Shown here: piece after piece, positions 61,101 to 64,000 of the stretch
Layout of the letters: each line of letters starts with the position of its first letter
Numbering within the stretch: position 1 is the stretch's first letter
From: Hemiscyllium ocellatum
Lineage: Eukaryota
Assembly: GCF_020745735.1 (NCBI RefSeq)
Contig: NW_026869227.1
Span: 1 to 64,000, forward strand
Length of the DNA: 64,000 nucleotides
Direction: 5' to 3'
Notes under the pieces: generated by a model
What the model saw: only the letters and a program-made list of their open reading frames with translations
Database searches by the model: none
Told to the model about the DNA's origin: nothing
Translations under genes and position numbers: made by a program

Positions 61101-64000
61101 CAGCACTGACCCTCCCACAGCGCCCGCTCCCTCAGCACTGACCCTCCCACAGCATGACCCTCCCTCAGCATTGACCGTCCCACTGCGCCCACTCCCTCAG
61201 CACTGACCCTCCCACAGCACCTGCTCCCTCAGCACTGACCCTCCCACAGCACCCGCTCCCTCAGCACTGACCCTCCCACAGCACTCGCTCCCTCAGCACT
61301 GACCCTCCCACAGCACCCGCTCCCTCAGCACTGACCCTCCCACAGCACCCACTCCCTCAGCACTGACCCTCCCACAGCACCCTCTCCCTCAGCACTGACC
61401 TCCCACAGCACTGACCCTCCCACAGCACCCGCTCCCACAGCACTGACCCTCCCACAGCACCCGCTCCCTCAGCACTGACCCTCCCACAGCACTCGCTCCC
61501 TCAGCACTGACCCTCCCACAGCACCGCTCCCTCAGCACTGACCCTCCCACAGCACCCACTCCCTCAGCACTGACCCTCCCACAGCACCCTCTCCCTCAGC
61601 ACTGACCCTCCCACAGCACTGACCCTCCCACAGCACCGCTCCCTCAGCACTGACCCTCCCACAGCACCGCCTCCCTCAGCACTGACCCTCCCATAGCACC
61701 CACTCCCTCAGCACCCACTCCCTCAGCACTGACCCTCCCCAGCACCCGCTCCCTCAGCACTGACCCTCCCACAGCACCGACTCCCTCAGCACTGACCCTC
61801 CCACAGCACCGACTCCCTCAGCACTGACCCTCCCACAGCACCACTCCCTCAGTACTGACCCTCCCATAGCACCCGCTCCCTCAGCACTGACCCTCCCACA
61901 GCACACACTCCCTCAGCACTGACCGTCCCTCAGCACTGACCCTCCCACAGCACACACTCCCTCAGCACTGACCCTCCCACAGCACCCGCTCCCTCAGCAC
62001 TGAACCTCCCACAGCACCCGCTCCCTCAGCACTGACCCTCCACAGCACCTGCTCCCTCAGCACCCACTCCCTCAGAACTGACCCTCATTCAGCACTGACC
62101 CTCCCTCACCACTGACCCTCACACAGCCCCCACTACCTCAGCACCGACCCTCCCACAGTACCCACTCCCTTAGCACCCACTCCCTCAGCCCCCACTCCCT
62201 CAGCACTGACCCTCCCACAGCACTGACCCTCCCACAGCACCCGCTCCCTCAGCACTGACCCTCCACAGCACCCACTCCCTCAGCACTGACCCTCCCTCAG
62301 CACTGACCCTCCCACAGCACCCACTCCCGCAGCACTGACCCTCCCACAGCACCCACTCCCTCAGCACTGACCCTCCCTCAGCACTGACCCTCCCACAGCA
62401 CCGACCCTCCCACAGCACCCACTCCCTCAGCACCGACCCTCCCACAGCACCCACTCCTCAGCACTGACCCTCCCACAGCACCCACTCCCTCAGCACTGAC
62501 CCTCCCACAGCGCCTGCTCCCTCAGCACTGACCCTCCCAAAGCATGACCCTCCCTCAGCATTGACCGTCCCACTGCGCCCACTCCCTCAGCACTGACCCT
62601 CCCACAGCACCTGCTCCCTCAGCACTGACCCTCCCACAACACCCGCTCCCACAGCACTGACCCTCCCACAGCACCCGCTCCCTCAGCACTGACCCTCCCA
62701 CAGCACTCGCTCCCTCAGCACTGACCCTCCCACAGCACCCGCTCCCTCAGCACTGACTCTCCCACAGCACCCACTCCCTCAGCACTGACCCTCCCACAGC
62801 ACCCTCTCCCTCAGCACTGACTGTCCCACTGCGCCCACTCGCTCAGTACTGACCCTCTCACAGCGCCCGCTCCCTCAGCACTGACCTCCCACAGCACCCA
62901 CTCCCTCAGCACTGACCCTCCCACAGCGCCTGCTCCCTCAGCACTGACCCGCCCCAGCACCTGCTCCCTCAGCACTGACCCTCCCACAGCACCCGCTCCC
63001 TCAGCACTGACCCTCCCCACAGCACTGACCCTCCCCAGCACCCGCTCCCTCAGCACTGACCCTCCCTCAGCACTGTCCCTCCCACAGCACCCGCTCCCTC
63101 AGCACTGAACCTCCCACAGCACCCGCTCCCTCAGCACTGACCCTCCCACAGCACTGACCGTCCCACTGCGCCCACTCGCTCAGTACTGACCCTCCCATAC
63201 CACCCGCTCCGTCAGCACTGACCCTCCCACAGCACACACTCCCTCAGCACTGACCCTCCCTCAGCACTGACCCTCCCCAGCACCCGCTCCCTCAGCACTG
63301 ACCCTCCCTCAGCACTGTCCCTCCCACAGCACCCGCTCCCTCAGCACTGACCCTCCCACAGCACCCGCTCCCTCAGCACCCACTCCCTCCGAACTGACCC
63401 TCCCTCAGCACAGACCCTCCTCAGCACCGACCCTCCCTCAGCACCACTCCCTCAGCACTGACCCTCCCACAGCACTGACCCTCCCACAGCACCCGCTCCC
63501 TCAGTACTGACCCTCCCATAGCACCCGCTCCCTCAGCACTGACCCTCCCACAGCACACACTCCCTCAGCACTGACCCTCCCACAGCACCCACTCCCTCAG
63601 CACTGACCCTCCCTCAGCACTGACCCTCCCACAGCACCCGCTCCTCAGCACTGACCCTCCCACAGCACCCGCTCCCTCAGCACTCCCTCCCACAGCACCC
63701 GCTCCCTCAGCACTGAACCTCCCACAGCACCCGCTCCCTCAGCACTGAACCTCCCACAGCACCCACTCCCTCAGAACTGACCCTCCCTCAGCACTGACCC
63801 TCCCTCACCACTGACCCTCACACAGCCCCCACTACCTCAGCACCGACCCTCCCAAAGCACCCACTCCCTTAGCACCCACTCCCTCAGCACCACTCCCTCA
63901 GCACTGACCCTCCCACAGCACCCGCTCCCTCAGCACTGACCCTCCCACAGCACCCACTCATTCAGCACTGACCCTCCCTCAGCACTGACCCTCCCACAGC
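55173..64000 (+). repeat. >8.8-kb C-rich satellite of 32-bp units (cagcactgaccctccca + cagcacccrctccct sub-units), running off the window
   Basis: Directly visible; 17-bp and 15-bp sub-units are shuffled. Confidence 0.98.

Overview
Eukaryotic (vertebrate) genomic DNA, very probably an elasmobranch shark, judged from an HE1-type tRNA/V-SINE and HER1/CR1-type LINE 3' ends recalled from shark genomes. About 80% of the window is tandem repeat, and there are two assembly gaps. Two convergent, intact spliced genes lie among the repeats. On the + strand are the last five coding exons of the bZIP transcription factor ATF7 (465-569, 1917-2081, 4902-5102, 23656-23764, 24151-24410); the first AATAAA I found after the stop is at 36862. 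On the - strand is the complete 277-codon CDS of ASB8, an ankyrin repeat and SOCS box protein (42415-42290, 40987-40883, 39493-38891; AATAAA at 38229-38224). Nearly all long ORFs in the supplied track are translations of satellites, not genes. The main oddities are: (1) a ~150-bp inverted-repeat element in an ATF7 intron carrying two back-to-back minimal hammerhead-ribozyme cores of the Penelope type; (2) an 18-kb hierarchically duplicated 19/20-bp satellite that splits the ATF7 leucine zipper and is open in frame with the bZIP exon for ~2000 codons; (3) a SINE Pol III promoter fused to a TTAGGG-containing minisatellite; (4) a possible ~12-kb ATF7 3' UTR containing a 9-kb almost adenine-free CpG/pyrimidine satellite; (5) a uORF whose stop overlaps the ASB8 start; (6) strong GC-driven divergence of the last ASB8 exon. 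I see no convincing novel protein-coding system. The twin-hammerhead element is the best candidate for undescribed biology.
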